The notes: generated from the letters alone by a model not told the origin. DNA of 64,000 nucleotides from Candidatus Limimorpha sp. (GCA_041854745.1 JBHACT010000040.1:1200-65199), one strand, 5' to 3'. Shown: positions 24,973-34,463, counted from the stretch's first letter. Program-made: numbers and translations.

Positions 24973-26089
24973 TTATTCTTTCTTTCCACCAAATTCCATC
25001 AGATAGGCTTTCAGAAATTCGTCGATGTTTCCGTCCATAACGGCTTGCACATTGGAAGTCTGATGGTTGGTACGGTGGTCTTTCACCCGGCGGTCGTCAA
25101 AGACATAGCTGCGTATTTGGCTTCCCCATTCGATTTTCATCTTGCCCGCCTCAATCTTGTTCTGCTCTTCCATGCGGTGGCGCATTTCGCGGTCATAGAG
25201 TTGCGATTTCAGGAGGCGCAGGGCGTTTTCCTTGTTCTTGGGTTGGTCGCGGGTCTCGGTGTTCTCTATGAGGATTTCCTCTTCCTCGCCCGTGTAGGGG
25301 TCTTTGTATTGGTAGCGCAGGCGCACGCCCGACTCCACCTTGTTCACATTCTGACCACCGGCACCGCCGCTGCGGAAGGTGTCCCACGAGAGGCGCGACT
25401 GCTCCACCACAATCTCGATGGTGTCGTCGATGAGCGGTGTGACGAATACCGAGGCGAACGAGGTCATGCGTTTGCCTTGGGCGTTGTAGGGACTGACACG
25501 CACCAGTCGGTGCACGCCGTTCTCGCCTTTCAGGTAGCCGTAGGCGTATTCACCCTCAAGTTTCATCGTTACCGATTTGATGCCGGCGTCGTCGGCTTCA
25601 AGCAAATCGCTGATGGTAACTTTATATTTGTGTGTTTCGCCGTAGCGCATGTACATGCGCATGAGCATTTGTGCCCAGTCTTGGGCCTCGGTGCCACCCG
25701 CGCCTGCGTTGATTTTCAGCACGGCACTCATTGGATCGGCCTCTTCGCGCAACATGTTCTTAAATTCCAAGTTCTCCACGATTTCAATCGTGGCGGCGTA
25801 CTGACAATCCACCTCGTCTTCGGTGGCTTCGCCTTCCTTGGCGAAATCGAAGAGTACGCTGAGGTCGTCGTAAGCCTGAACTGCTTCCTTGTAGCCGTTG
25901 AGCCAGCCCTTCACTTCGCGTACTTTCTTCATCGTGGCTTCGGCGGCCTTGGGGTCGTTCCAAAACTGTGGGTCTTGTGTCTTTTCTTCTAATTCTTGGG
26001 CTTCAATGGTTCGACGATCCACGTCAAAGATACCTCCTCAAGGCCTCAATCCTCTTACATAATTCTTTTTGTTGGTCAACTGTGATCAT
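24973..26089 (-). CDS. prfB: Peptide chain release factor 2 (programmed +1 frameshift)
   Basis: Frame 0 MITVDQQKELCKRIEALRRYL-TGA (26089..26024); +1 frame continues DVDRRTIEAQ... to 24973; GGQ motif (GGAGGQNVNKV) present. Confidence 0.9.
26023..26038 (-). promoter_or_regulatory. prfB: RF2 programmed +1 frameshift site (AGGAGG-N3-CTT TGA C)
   Basis: Minus strand reads AGGAGGTATCTTTGAC: SD-like AGGAGG 3 nt before the slippery CTT and in-frame TGA. Confidence 0.9.
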
Positions 26090-26120
26090 ATTAATTAAAA
26101 AGGTGTATGTTTTCGGGCTG

Positions 26121-26128
26121 CAAAAATA
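26121..26128 (-). promoter_or_regulatory. Bacteroidota -7 promoter box (TAnnTTTG)
   Basis: TATTTTTG on minus strand, 31 nt before prfB ATG 26089. Confidence 0.55.
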
Positions 26129-26542
26129 CAGAAAAGTTTTGATAATGCGAAGTTAGATGTCTGGAGTTTTTGTGGTTTGTCCATCGTTGTATGTTTTTGG
26201 ACTTAAAGGATAAACATGGCGTAAATTTTGGAATTATACTGAAATAGCTTGTAGTTTTGTGGAGAATATCATCTGCCCACCCACGACGGGAAAGGAGTTG
26301 ATTTGTTAGTTGAATTACAAGACGGTTATTTCGCTTTCAAAATCAAGATGGTGGAGCATGTAGATAAAACCGATGCCTGACATCTCATGGGCTTGGAATC
26401 CATTCTTGACAAGCCGTTGCTTCACGCTTTTTTATTGTCGAACGACTTGGAAACCAAGCAATTTACGGATAAAATCACTGCCGTCAATGTAACGGCGTTC
26501 CTGAGTTGAATGGAAATTTGTGCATCGGCTGTAATATTTCCC

Positions 26543-26550
26543 TACCTTTG
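26543..26550 (+). promoter_or_regulatory. Bacteroidota -7 promoter box (TAnnTTTG)
   Basis: TACCTTTG, 40 nt before sigma-factor ATG. Confidence 0.55.
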
Positions 26551-26590
26551 TTGTCTAACATAATGAACGTTGCAACGAAACTAACGCATT

Positions 26591-27079
26591 ATGAACAATG
26601 ACAAAGAGCATCGGTTTGAACTTTTGGTGCGGCAGCACAAGCGGACCATTTACACGGTGTGCTATATGTTTTCCAAAGACAAGGACGAAATCGACGACCT
26701 GTTTCAGGAAATCCTCATCCGGCTGTGGAACGGCTTCGACAATTACGAAGGTCGCAGCACTGCGCAAACTTGGATATACCGCATTGCGCTCAACACGGCC
26801 ATCAACCAAGACAAAAAGGAACGCCGCCGCATTGAGACCGTTCCGCTGACGGTGGACATCGACCCTTACGAGGCGGACGACCCTTCAACCCATCAAATCC
26901 GTGAGTTGTATGACCGCATCTCGCGCCTCGACCTCATCGACCGAAGCTTAATCCTGCTTTGGCTCGAAGGGGTGAGTTACGACGAAATCGGAGCGATTAT
27001 CGGCATCACGCCCAACAATGTGGGGGTGAGGCTGGCACGCATCAAGGACAAATTGGTGAAAATGTCGAAAAATCAATGA
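26591..27079 (+). CDS. ECF-type RNA polymerase sigma-70 factor
   Basis: Region 2 (DDLFQEILIRLW...TWIYRIALN) and region 4 (SYDEIGAIIGITPNNVGVRLARIK) motifs. Confidence 0.85.
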   Translation: MNNDKEHRFELLVRQHKRTIYTVCYMFSKDKDEIDDLFQEILIRLWNGFDNYEGRSTAQTWIYRIALNTAINQDKKERRRIETVPLTVDIDPYEADDPSTHQIRELYDRISRLDLIDRSLILLWLEGVSYDEIGAIIGITPNNVGVRLARIKDKLVKMSKNQ

Positions 27080-27091
27080 AAGGAAATCATT

Positions 27092-28372
27092 ATGGAAAAT
27101 CAGGAAAACAATAATTTAAGCGAACTCGACCAACTGAAAGCGCAGTACGAAACGCTGAAACAAAAGTTTGACGAACAGGAAATCGTCAATGAACGGATGA
27201 TGAAGTCCGTTGTCCAAAACAGCACCGAGTATTTTACGAAATACAGGAAGTCGCTACTGATAATCTATCCCATTCTTGCCGTTTTGGGATTCGTTTTTCT
27301 CGCACATTATGTGGGTGTGTGGGCGCTTGGTTTTTACTTCTTTCTTTTTATGGCAATTGCAACCGTTGTGGAACTTTGGCTGACACGCAATGTGCGTAAG
27401 CAGGTGGTGGAAAATTCCGATTTACTCACACTTTCCAAAAATATGAAGAAACTGAAAAATAGTTATGCCATTTATGTCGTATTGTTTTTGGTCGTTTTTG
27501 CGGTTTTCATATTGTTTGCAACAATTATGCGTCAATTTTCCATCTATCAGTCTGTAACGAATGAAATGATTATTAGTACGATGTTTATTATGTGCGTGGC
27601 AGGTATGGGGTTGCTGATTGCGGCGGTTTTGATTTATTATTACTTTGTGAGCCATTGCAACAATGTGCTTAGGCAAATTGATGCCCTTACCGAAAATCAT
27701 ATCGTTAGGAATAATCGTTCGTTTTGGCTCATCTTGGGTGCGGTGTCGTTGTTGTGTGTCATTGGTGCGTTTGGGCTTTACAAAGCGTATGACCGTGTTG
27801 AGTATGTGCGCTCCGATACCGATTTGTCGAGTGAAGGCAAGTTGGCGATTTGGGAGATTTATGCCGATACAACTGTTTTCGAAAAAGATGTTCCCGCCTT
27901 TATGGAACAATGGCAACAAAATGATTCTCTTGTTCTTATGACAGGAAAGCAAGGGCAAGTCTTTATGGAAATGGAAGGTCTAAAAGTTATTTCAAGGAAA
28001 GAGGAAGAAAAGCAACAAGTAAAACTCTATACGCTGAGAAAGACTACACCCGAAGGTCCTGTCATCAGTTCGGCGGTACTGGGTGGAAAGCCGATGGTGG
28101 AAGAAGTGAGTCACGGTCATTTCAGGAACAGAGCCTCTGAGAATTTAGGTGTGTTTGTGTATCTGACACCTGATGCCGCCCAACTTTGGTCGGATTTCAC
28201 CAGAAAGGGAGCAACGGAAAAAACAAAGTGTCGTGCAGCCTTGTGCCTCGATGGAGTAGTTTATCAGGAATGGATGATTACGGGAGAGATTTCCTTGGGG
28301 ATGTTTTTCGTAATGAACAACTGGACAAAAGACGAAGTGAAAGCCTTCTGCGAACGTATAATCAGGCAGTAG
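27092..28372 (+). CDS. Membrane protein, putative anti-sigma factor partner
   Basis: Starts 12 nt after the sigma gene; coiled N-terminus, about 5 TM helices, soluble C-terminal domain; stop TAG lies inside a REP hairpin. Confidence 0.5.
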   Translation: MENQENNNLSELDQLKAQYETLKQKFDEQEIVNERMMKSVVQNSTEYFTKYRKSLLIIYPILAVLGFVFLAHYVGVWALGFYFFLFMAIATVVELWLTRNVRKQVVENSDLLTLSKNMKKLKNSYAIYVVLFLVVFAVFILFATIMRQFSIYQSVTNEMIISTMFIMCVAGMGLLIAAVLIYYYFVSHCNNVLRQIDALTENHIVRNNRSFWLILGAVSLLCVIGAFGLYKAYDRVEYVRSDTDLSSEGKLAIWEIYADTTVFEKDVPAFMEQWQQNDSLVLMTGKQGQVFMEMEGLKVISRKEEEKQQVKLYTLRKTTPEGPVISSAVLGGKPMVEEVSHGHFRNRASENLGVFVYLTPDAAQLWSDFTRKGATEKTKCRAALCLDGVVYQEWMITGEISLGMFFVMNNWTKDEVKAFCERIIRQ

Positions 28373-28441
28373 AGACGGTGCACGCACCGTCTCAAATTCG
28401 GGTTGGTTTATTGTTGGAGACGGAGCACGCTCCGTCTCTAC
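28369..28441. repeat. Composite REP: two different self-complementary units in inverted orientation
   Basis: GTAGAGACGGTGC-ac-GCACCGTCTC ... 23 nt ... GAGACGGAGC-ac-GCTCCGTCTCTAC; the first unit contains the TAG stop of the upstream gene. Confidence 0.85.
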
Positions 28442-28496
28442 AAACAAAAAAAATCCAAAAAATCTCATTTTTTTCTTGACATATCCAAAAAAGTCG

Positions 28497-28504
28497 TACT
28501 TTTG
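28497..28504 (+). promoter_or_regulatory. Bacteroidota -7 promoter box (TAnnTTTG)
   Basis: TACTTTTG, 44 nt before ATG 28549. Confidence 0.55.
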
Positions 28505-28548
28505 CAGTGTTCTATTAAACCAATACACCGAAACAAAAATAATCTATC

Positions 28549-31101
28549 ATGGAAAACATTTCAATTATTGATTCAAACTGCAACAATTCAGTTTCATCAC
28601 CATCATCCATGCCAAAAACTCCTAAAAATCAACTTTACCAACGCCTTGGCAATGTGAACAAGCGCATTTTTTTGCTTTTTGCACTTATCGGGTGCTTCAT
28701 TGTGCCTGCCTTGGCGCAGAACAAGATTACAGGAACCATCGTCGAGGAAGCCAACAGCAAGGTCATTCCTTTTGTCAATGTGGGTTTGTTCCGTCAGGCC
28801 GACAGTGTCTTCGTGAGCGGTGCGGCTTCCGACGACAAAGGCCGTTTTGAACTTTTGGCTCCCAATGGCGACTATCGCTTGGCTGTGTCAGCCATTGGTT
28901 TCCAGACCTTTGAGCAGATGATGACGGTGAAAGGCAACCAAGACCTTGGCCAATTGAAACTCAAGGAAGGTTCCATCCAACTTAACGAGGCGGTTGTTGC
29001 GGAGAAACGCCCGCTTTTTGCGGTGGAAGGGGAGAAAACCATGTATAATGTGGCAGAAGACCCCAGTATTCAGACGGGTACGCTGTCGGATGCCTTACAG
29101 AATGCGCCCGGGGTGCAGGTCGATGTGGAAGGCAACATCAGCCTGCGCGGCACTTCGAGCGTGGAGGTGTGGATCAACGACAAGCCTTCGCACCTGAGCA
29201 GTGAGAACTTGAAAACCTATATCCAGCAACTACCGGCCAACAGTATCGACCGCGTGGAGGTCATCACCAACCCCTCGGCGCGCTACGGTTCCAAAGCCGA
29301 CGGTATCATCAACATCGTAACCAATGCCAAGGTGCAGAAAAACGAGTTCTTCAGTTTCGGCGTGAATGCCTCCACAAATCCATACATAGGGCCTTGGGCG
29401 TCATACGTTTGGTCGAATGAGAAGTTGACGGTCAATGCCTACATCAACGGTGGCTATTCCCATTGGAAGGGCAACAGAAGTGTGGAACAATCCTTGTTCA
29501 CCGAAAATGGCCTCCTTGCCAGCCACGAAATTGCTTCGGGCAAATACAGCAACAAGGGTTTCAATACGGGTGGTTTCTTTAGTATTGATTATGAGATAGA
29601 TACGGCTAATAGCTTGAATATTTGGCTCAGCGGATGGCCGAATTGGTACAACAATACCAACAGCACTTCCTTGATTAGGGAAACATTTCTGGACGACACC
29701 ATCATCACTTCCATTACGGAAAACATCAGTGCCTTCAACCGTAGCTATTTTGCCAATGGCGGCGTGTACTATCAGCACAAGTTCGACAACAAGGGCCACA
29801 ACCTATCCGTCAGTGTCAACGGTATGGGTTGGGGTGGCAGCAATGGCGGTGAGGTCAGTAGGCAATTCAGTTTGCCTACGGAATACACCCGAGTGAAGAA
29901 ACAGTACGGCGAATACGGTTCTATGGGCGCGGAGGCCGAAATCGTTTACAACCGTCCTTATTCCGAAAACGGCGAGATTTCGGTGGGTTTGAATTCGGGC
30001 TACGACCCTGAAAAGCAGTATCTTGTAACCGACACGATTGCCAACGGCGAATGGGTGAGCGATGTTTACCGTTCTTATGACGCCAAGTTCACCAATCTGA
30101 ACAATGAGCTGTTTTTCACCTTGCAGCACAAGTTCGGTGGCTTTACCGTAAAACCCGGTATCCGTTTTTGCAGCGAGTTAGTGAGCGGTGAATATCCTTA
30201 TACCTTCCCTGAGGATACCACCAATTATGACTTCACCAAATCCTTCTTCAGCTTGCGGCCATCGCTGCACCTCTCGTATCGCACCAAGTCAATGCACAAC
30301 CTCAGCCTGAGTTATACCCGCCGTATCGCAGCCCCCGAGGCAGAGCAATTGAGCGAGTTCCCCATGTACGACGAAGACAACTACAGCAAGGGCAATCTCG
30401 ACTTGGAGCGTATCTATACCAATGCCATCGAAGCGGGTTGGACCAAATATTGGAACAACTTCGGCTCTGTCGGTCTTTCGGCCTATTATCGCGGCAAGAC
30501 AAATGAGGTGAATATGATACAACTTTCTCAATATCACTGGCTTTATGGGCGTGTTGTGAACTATTCCTATCCTGTCAATGTGGGGCGCAGTTATACGGCT
30601 GGCTTGGAATACAACATGATGTACCGTCCGAGTGGTTTCTTCAACCTGCGTTTCTATGCCAACCTTTATGACTCTTATATCTGGACGGAGTATAAAGGGA
30701 AACCCTACGAATATGACAAGTGGTCGTACAGTTTTCGCCTGAACATGTGGGCCAAGCTCTGGAACAAACTGGAGCTGACGGCCTCGGGCTATTACAGTTC
30801 CCCGACACAGTCCCTGTTCAGCGAGCGTCATGCCCGATACGCCATCAACGCGGGTTTGCGTGCCGACTTTTTCGACCGCAAGATGTCGGTGTATGTCAAC
30901 GCGAACGACATCTTCAACTGGAATAGCTTCGGGCAGTCGAACAGCAGCCCTGATGTGCAATCCTCTTCCAATTTCAAGTACAACAGCCGCAGCATTTCCG
31001 TCGGTCTCACTTTCCGTTTCGGCAAGATGGAATTGGAGCAGCGGGCCCGTCAAGGAACCGATGGTTCGCAAGGAGCCCCGCAAGGTATGGGCGGAATGTG
31101 A
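28549..31101 (+). CDS. TonB-dependent-receptor-like outer-membrane beta-barrel with carboxypeptidase-regulatory-like N-domain
   Basis: ITGTIVEEANSKVIPFVNVGLF... CarbopepD_reg-like domain, plug-like region (ISLRGTSSVEVWINDKP), long barrel ending ...SVGLTFRFG; start may be 28609 (MPKTPK). Confidence 0.75.
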   Translation: MENISIIDSNCNNSVSSPSSMPKTPKNQLYQRLGNVNKRIFLLFALIGCFIVPALAQNKITGTIVEEANSKVIPFVNVGLFRQADSVFVSGAASDDKGRFELLAPNGDYRLAVSAIGFQTFEQMMTVKGNQDLGQLKLKEGSIQLNEAVVAEKRPLFAVEGEKTMYNVAEDPSIQTGTLSDALQNAPGVQVDVEGNISLRGTSSVEVWINDKPSHLSSENLKTYIQQLPANSIDRVEVITNPSARYGSKADGIINIVTNAKVQKNEFFSFGVNASTNPYIGPWASYVWSNEKLTVNAYINGGYSHWKGNRSVEQSLFTENGLLASHEIASGKYSNKGFNTGGFFSIDYEIDTANSLNIWLSGWPNWYNNTNSTSLIRETFLDDTIITSITENISAFNRSYFANGGVYYQHKFDNKGHNLSVSVNGMGWGGSNGGEVSRQFSLPTEYTRVKKQYGEYGSMGAEAEIVYNRPYSENGEISVGLNSGYDPEKQYLVTDTIANGEWVSDVYRSYDAKFTNLNNELFFTLQHKFGGFTVKPGIRFCSELVSGEYPYTFPEDTTNYDFTKSFFSLRPSLHLSYRTKSMHNLSLSYTRRIAAPEAEQLSEFPMYDEDNYSKGNLDLERIYTNAIEAGWTKYWNNFGSVGLSAYYRGKTNEVNMIQLSQYHWLYGRVVNYSYPVNVGRSYTAGLEYNMMYRPSGFFNLRFYANLYDSYIWTEYKGKPYEYDKWSYSFRLNMWAKLWNKLELTASGYYSSPTQSLFSERHARYAINAGLRADFFDRKMSVYVNANDIFNWNSFGQSNSSPDVQSSSNFKYNSRSISVGLTFRFGKMELEQRARQGTDGSQGAPQGMGGM

Positions 31102-31242
31102 TTTTGAACGGATTTTTTACGGTCATACAGTTTTTTGTTCTTTTTTCACCACAAAAAACTGGGATTTTCGCCCCAAATTGCCGATTTTCGCCCCAAAACC
31201 CTCGTTTTGGACACATTTTTCGCACGGCTTGGCATGTTAGCG

Positions 31243-31250
31243 TACTTTTG
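31243..31250 (+). promoter_or_regulatory. Bacteroidota -7 promoter box (TAnnTTTG)
   Basis: TACTTTTG, 46 nt before fabH ATG 31297. Confidence 0.55.
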
Positions 31251-31296
31251 CAGCGTTTTTCAAACTGAAAACGAGTTTTATTTAATCGACAACGAA

Positions 31297-32250
31297 ATGA
31301 AAATTATTGGAACAGGAAGCGCACTGCCAAGACTTACGGTGACCAACGACGATTTGGCCACCTTTTTGGACACCAACGATGCGTGGATTACTACCAGAAC
31401 GGGAATTCAATCCCGTCACCTCTTATCTACTGAAGATTTGTATGACTTGTCCGTTGACGCCGCCAATAAGGCCATCCAAGCGTCTGGGCTGCGTCCCGAA
31501 CAAATCGATTTCTTCTTGGTCTCGAATGTGGCCAACCGTCACGTCACTCCGGGACTGAGTTGCATTGTGCAGAAGCGTATCGGCCTCACTTGTGCCGGCC
31601 TCGACATCAATGTGGCCTGCGCTGGTTTCGTGTACGCTCTGATGCTTGCCGAAGGCATGATGAAAGCCGGTCGCGCCAAGAACATCCTCATCCTCTGCGC
31701 TGAAGAACCCACCAAATATTGCAACTGGGAAGAAAGAGACTCCAGCGTGCTGTTTGGCGATGGCGCTGGTGCGGTGGTGCTGACCGAGGGCAATGCCTTC
31801 AAAGATGTACATCTCACCATGATCTCCGACCGTGATGTGTTGTATTACGAACGCGGCTTGGAGAAAACACCTTTTGAAAAGAATTATATCAAAGGACAGC
31901 CCTTAGTGATGAAAGGCAAAGAACTGTTCCGCACGGCTGTGTCAAAGTCGGTGGTCGACATCGATGCCGTCTTGCAACGCCAAGGATTACAGTCCTCGGA
32001 CATCAACTATTTTTTGTTGCACCAAGCTAACAAACGCATTATCGAAGGCATTCGCAACATTATCGGCGGACCTGAAGAGAAGTTCCCGACCAACATTGAG
32101 AAATACGGTAACACCTCTTCGGCCAGCATCCCGCTTCTTTTGGATGAAATGCTGAAAGAAGGCAAGATCCGCAAAGGCGACAAGATTGTCATGAGTGCCT
32201 TTGGCGCAGGATTTGTGTCGGGTGCCTGCTTGTGGGAGTGGGATATGTGA
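31297..32250 (+). CDS. fabH: Beta-ketoacyl-ACP synthase III
   Basis: MKIIGTGSALP start; Cys (VACAGF), His (LLHQAN), Asn (GNTSSAS) triad; ATG 31297 is downstream of the -7 box at 31243. Confidence 0.85.
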   Translation: MKIIGTGSALPRLTVTNDDLATFLDTNDAWITTRTGIQSRHLLSTEDLYDLSVDAANKAIQASGLRPEQIDFFLVSNVANRHVTPGLSCIVQKRIGLTCAGLDINVACAGFVYALMLAEGMMKAGRAKNILILCAEEPTKYCNWEERDSSVLFGDGAGAVVLTEGNAFKDVHLTMISDRDVLYYERGLEKTPFEKNYIKGQPLVMKGKELFRTAVSKSVVDIDAVLQRQGLQSSDINYFLLHQANKRIIEGIRNIIGGPEEKFPTNIEKYGNTSSASIPLLLDEMLKEGKIRKGDKIVMSAFGAGFVSGACLWEWDM

Positions 32251-32261
32251 TAAAAAAAACT

Positions 32262-32289
32262 GCGAGGCGGACTAAGTCCCGCATCTCGC
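32262..32289 (+). repeat. fabH-fabF spacer hairpin (GGAC/GTCC core)
   Basis: GCGAG-GCGGAC-taa-GTCCCGC-at-CTCGC. Confidence 0.6.
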
Positions 32290-32328
32290 TTCAAATTATT
32301 TAATTCAGGAAAATAAACTATTAGAAAT

Positions 32329-33567
32329 ATGAGCAATAGAAAAGTAGTAATAACAGGCATGGGCGCTGTTTCGCCGATTGGCAACGACCTTGCCACCATT
32401 TGGGATAACCTGATGAAAGGTTATTGCGGCATAGATTTCATCAAATCGTTCGATACCACCAACCTTCCCGTTAAGATTGCCGCCGAGTTGAAAGACTTCA
32501 ATCCTGAGGCTATGGGTGTGGAAAAGGCTTTCGTTAAGCGCAATGACCGTTTTGCGGTTTACACCTTGGCCGCCGCCTATCAAGCCATGCAGGGCAACGA
32601 AGACATGCAGATGGATCCCTCACGCTTGGGTGTGTATGTCGGCTCCGGTATCGGTGGCTTCGACACCATCATGAATGGGGTCACAAGCTTTAATGAGGAA
32701 GGTGCACGTTGGATTTCGCCCCTCATGATTCCGACCATGATCGCCAACATGGCTTCGGGCAGTGTGGCCATCCGCTACAACGCCCAAGGCCCCTGCGTGC
32801 CTATCGTGACGGCTTGCGCCACGGGAACCCACTCTATTGGCGAAGCCTATCGCGCCATCAAGCACGGCTATGCCGATGCCATCATTGCAGGCGGATCTGA
32901 GGCGGGTATCAACCCCGTTTCCATCGCCGGCTTTGCCAATGCCAAGGCCTTGACGAAATCGGAAGACCCGCTCCGCGCTTCCCTGCCGTTCAACAAGAAC
33001 AGGGGTGGTTTTGTCATCGCCGAAGGCTCAGGTATCCTTCTCCTTGAGGAATATGAACACGCCAAGCAACGCGGTGCGAAGATTTATGCTGAAATTTGCG
33101 GATACGGCAACTCGTGCGATGCCTATCACAGCACGGCTCCGCGCCCCGATGGCACCACCCAAAGCATGGCCATCAAGCAGGCACTGGAAGAAGCCCAGTT
33201 CAAGGCTGGCGAGCGCATCTACATCAACGCTCACGGCACAGGTACTCCCATGAACGACAGCGGCGAGACCTTGGCCATCAAGATTGCGATGGGTGAAGAA
33301 GAAGCCCGCAAAGCTTATATCAGCTCCACCAAGTCAGAGATGGGTCATGCCCTCGGCGCGGCAGGTGCTATCGAGTTGATTATTAGTGTAATGGCGTTGA
33401 ATAACGGAATTATTCCGCCCACCATTGGCTTGGATGAGCCCGATCCGGAATGTGACCTCAATTACACACCGAATGTGGCCGTCAAAGCCGATATAGACAT
33501 CGCCATTTCCAATTCATTGGGCTTCGGCGGACATAATGGGTGTTTGGCCATCCGTAAAGTGAAATAA
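32329..33567 (+). CDS. fabF: Beta-ketoacyl-ACP synthase II
   Basis: VVITGMGAVSPIG; active-site TACATG, DAYHSTAP, NAHGTGT, GFGGHN. Confidence 0.9.
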   Translation: MSNRKVVITGMGAVSPIGNDLATIWDNLMKGYCGIDFIKSFDTTNLPVKIAAELKDFNPEAMGVEKAFVKRNDRFAVYTLAAAYQAMQGNEDMQMDPSRLGVYVGSGIGGFDTIMNGVTSFNEEGARWISPLMIPTMIANMASGSVAIRYNAQGPCVPIVTACATGTHSIGEAYRAIKHGYADAIIAGGSEAGINPVSIAGFANAKALTKSEDPLRASLPFNKNRGGFVIAEGSGILLLEEYEHAKQRGAKIYAEICGYGNSCDAYHSTAPRPDGTTQSMAIKQALEEAQFKAGERIYINAHGTGTPMNDSGETLAIKIAMGEEEARKAYISSTKSEMGHALGAAGAIELIISVMALNNGIIPPTIGLDEPDPECDLNYTPNVAVKADIDIAISNSLGFGGHNGCLAIRKVK

Positions 33568-33570
33568 ATT

Positions 33571-33611
33571 GACATGGGACAAAAAGTTACAAGCTCGTGG
33601 CTCGAAGTCCC
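33571..33611 (+). repeat. fabF-fabZ spacer element (GACATGGGAC ... GTCCC)
   Basis: GGGAC (33576-33580) and GTCCC (33607-33611) bracket 26 nt; GACATGGGAC also occurs at 35225. Confidence 0.5.
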
Positions 33612-33660
33612 TCCTCAAACAACAATTTGAATGTTCAATAATCAATAACTCAACAATACA

Positions 33661-34092
33661 ATGACAAGAGACGAAATCAAACAGTATCTCCCACACCGCG
33701 AGCCTATGCTCTTGGTCGACGAGATGACCCTCGACGAAAATCATGTGGCGCATTCCAAGTACCATGTGACGGGTGAAGAATTTTTCCTGCAAGGCCATTT
33801 TCCGGGCGAACCCGTTGTTCCGGGTGTCATCCTTTGCGAAATTATGGCCCAAAGTTGCGCCCTGCTGATGAAGGATGACCTCATCGGCAAGCTGACCTTC
33901 TATACAGGTATCGACAAGGTGCGTTTCAAGAACAGTGTGAAGCCGGGCGACACTGTTGAGGTGGAAGCCACATTGACTTATCACTGTGCCAACATCTACA
34001 TTTGTTCGGCCATGCTTAGCGTGGGCGGCAAGATGTGCGTCAAGGGCGAATTGTCCTTTGCCCTGCTGCCTGATACGAGAGATAAACAGTAA
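33661..34092 (+). CDS. fabZ: Stand-alone 3-hydroxyacyl-ACP dehydratase
   Basis: LPHREPMLLVDE...GHFPGEPVVPGVILCEIMAQ hot-dog signature. Confidence 0.85.
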   Translation: MTRDEIKQYLPHREPMLLVDEMTLDENHVAHSKYHVTGEEFFLQGHFPGEPVVPGVILCEIMAQSCALLMKDDLIGKLTFYTGIDKVRFKNSVKPGDTVEVEATLTYHCANIYICSAMLSVGGKMCVKGELSFALLPDTRDKQ

Positions 34093-34095
34093 ATA

Positions 34096-34121
34096 CGAAT
34101 TTTGAATATTAAATCTGAAAT
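34096..34121 (+). repeat. AT-rich leader motif, copy B (before acp)
   Basis: CGAATTTTGAATATTAAATCTGAAAT; begins 4 nt after the fabZ stop. Confidence 0.85.
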
Positions 34122-34130
34122 TTGATATTT

Positions 34131-34367
34131 ATGGCAACGATTCAAGATAAGGCGCGGGCATTTATCTCTACCAAGCTGAATGTCAGTGAGAGTGAGGTTA
34201 CGCCAGAGAAGAACCTTTTCAACGATTTGGGTGCCGACTCGTTGGATTTCGTGGAGCTCTCCATGATCTTGGAACGCGAATTTAACCTGAAATTTGCCGA
34301 GGCCGACACCGAGAAGGTCAAGACCGTTGGCGATATGTACGAACTGATTGAACGATACACCAAATAG
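34131..34367 (+). CDS. Acyl carrier protein (divergent, cassette-specific)
   Basis: LGADSLDFVEL phosphopantetheine-attachment motif; ATG 34131. Confidence 0.85.
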   Translation: MATIQDKARAFISTKLNVSESEVTPEKNLFNDLGADSLDFVELSMILEREFNLKFAEADTEKVKTVGDMYELIERYTK

Positions 34368-34380
34368 TTATAAGGCACGA

Positions 34381-34427
34381 GACTGCGGGACAGGTGACAA
34401 AAATCTCCCGTCCCAAAGTCCCCAGTC
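34381..34427 (+). repeat. acp-fabG spacer hairpin (GACTG-C-GGGAC ... GTCCC-C-AGTC)
   Basis: 5+5-bp interrupted stem closing a 26-nt loop that holds another GTCCC. Confidence 0.55.
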
Positions 34428-34441
34428 AATACTGAAAAACA

Positions 34442-34463
34442 TTGAATTTTAAATCTTTAAATC
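34442..34463 (+). repeat. AT-rich leader motif, related copy C (before fabG)
   Basis: TTGAATTTTAAATCTTTAAATC; looser relatives at 18365-18383 and 55339-55355. Confidence 0.6.
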
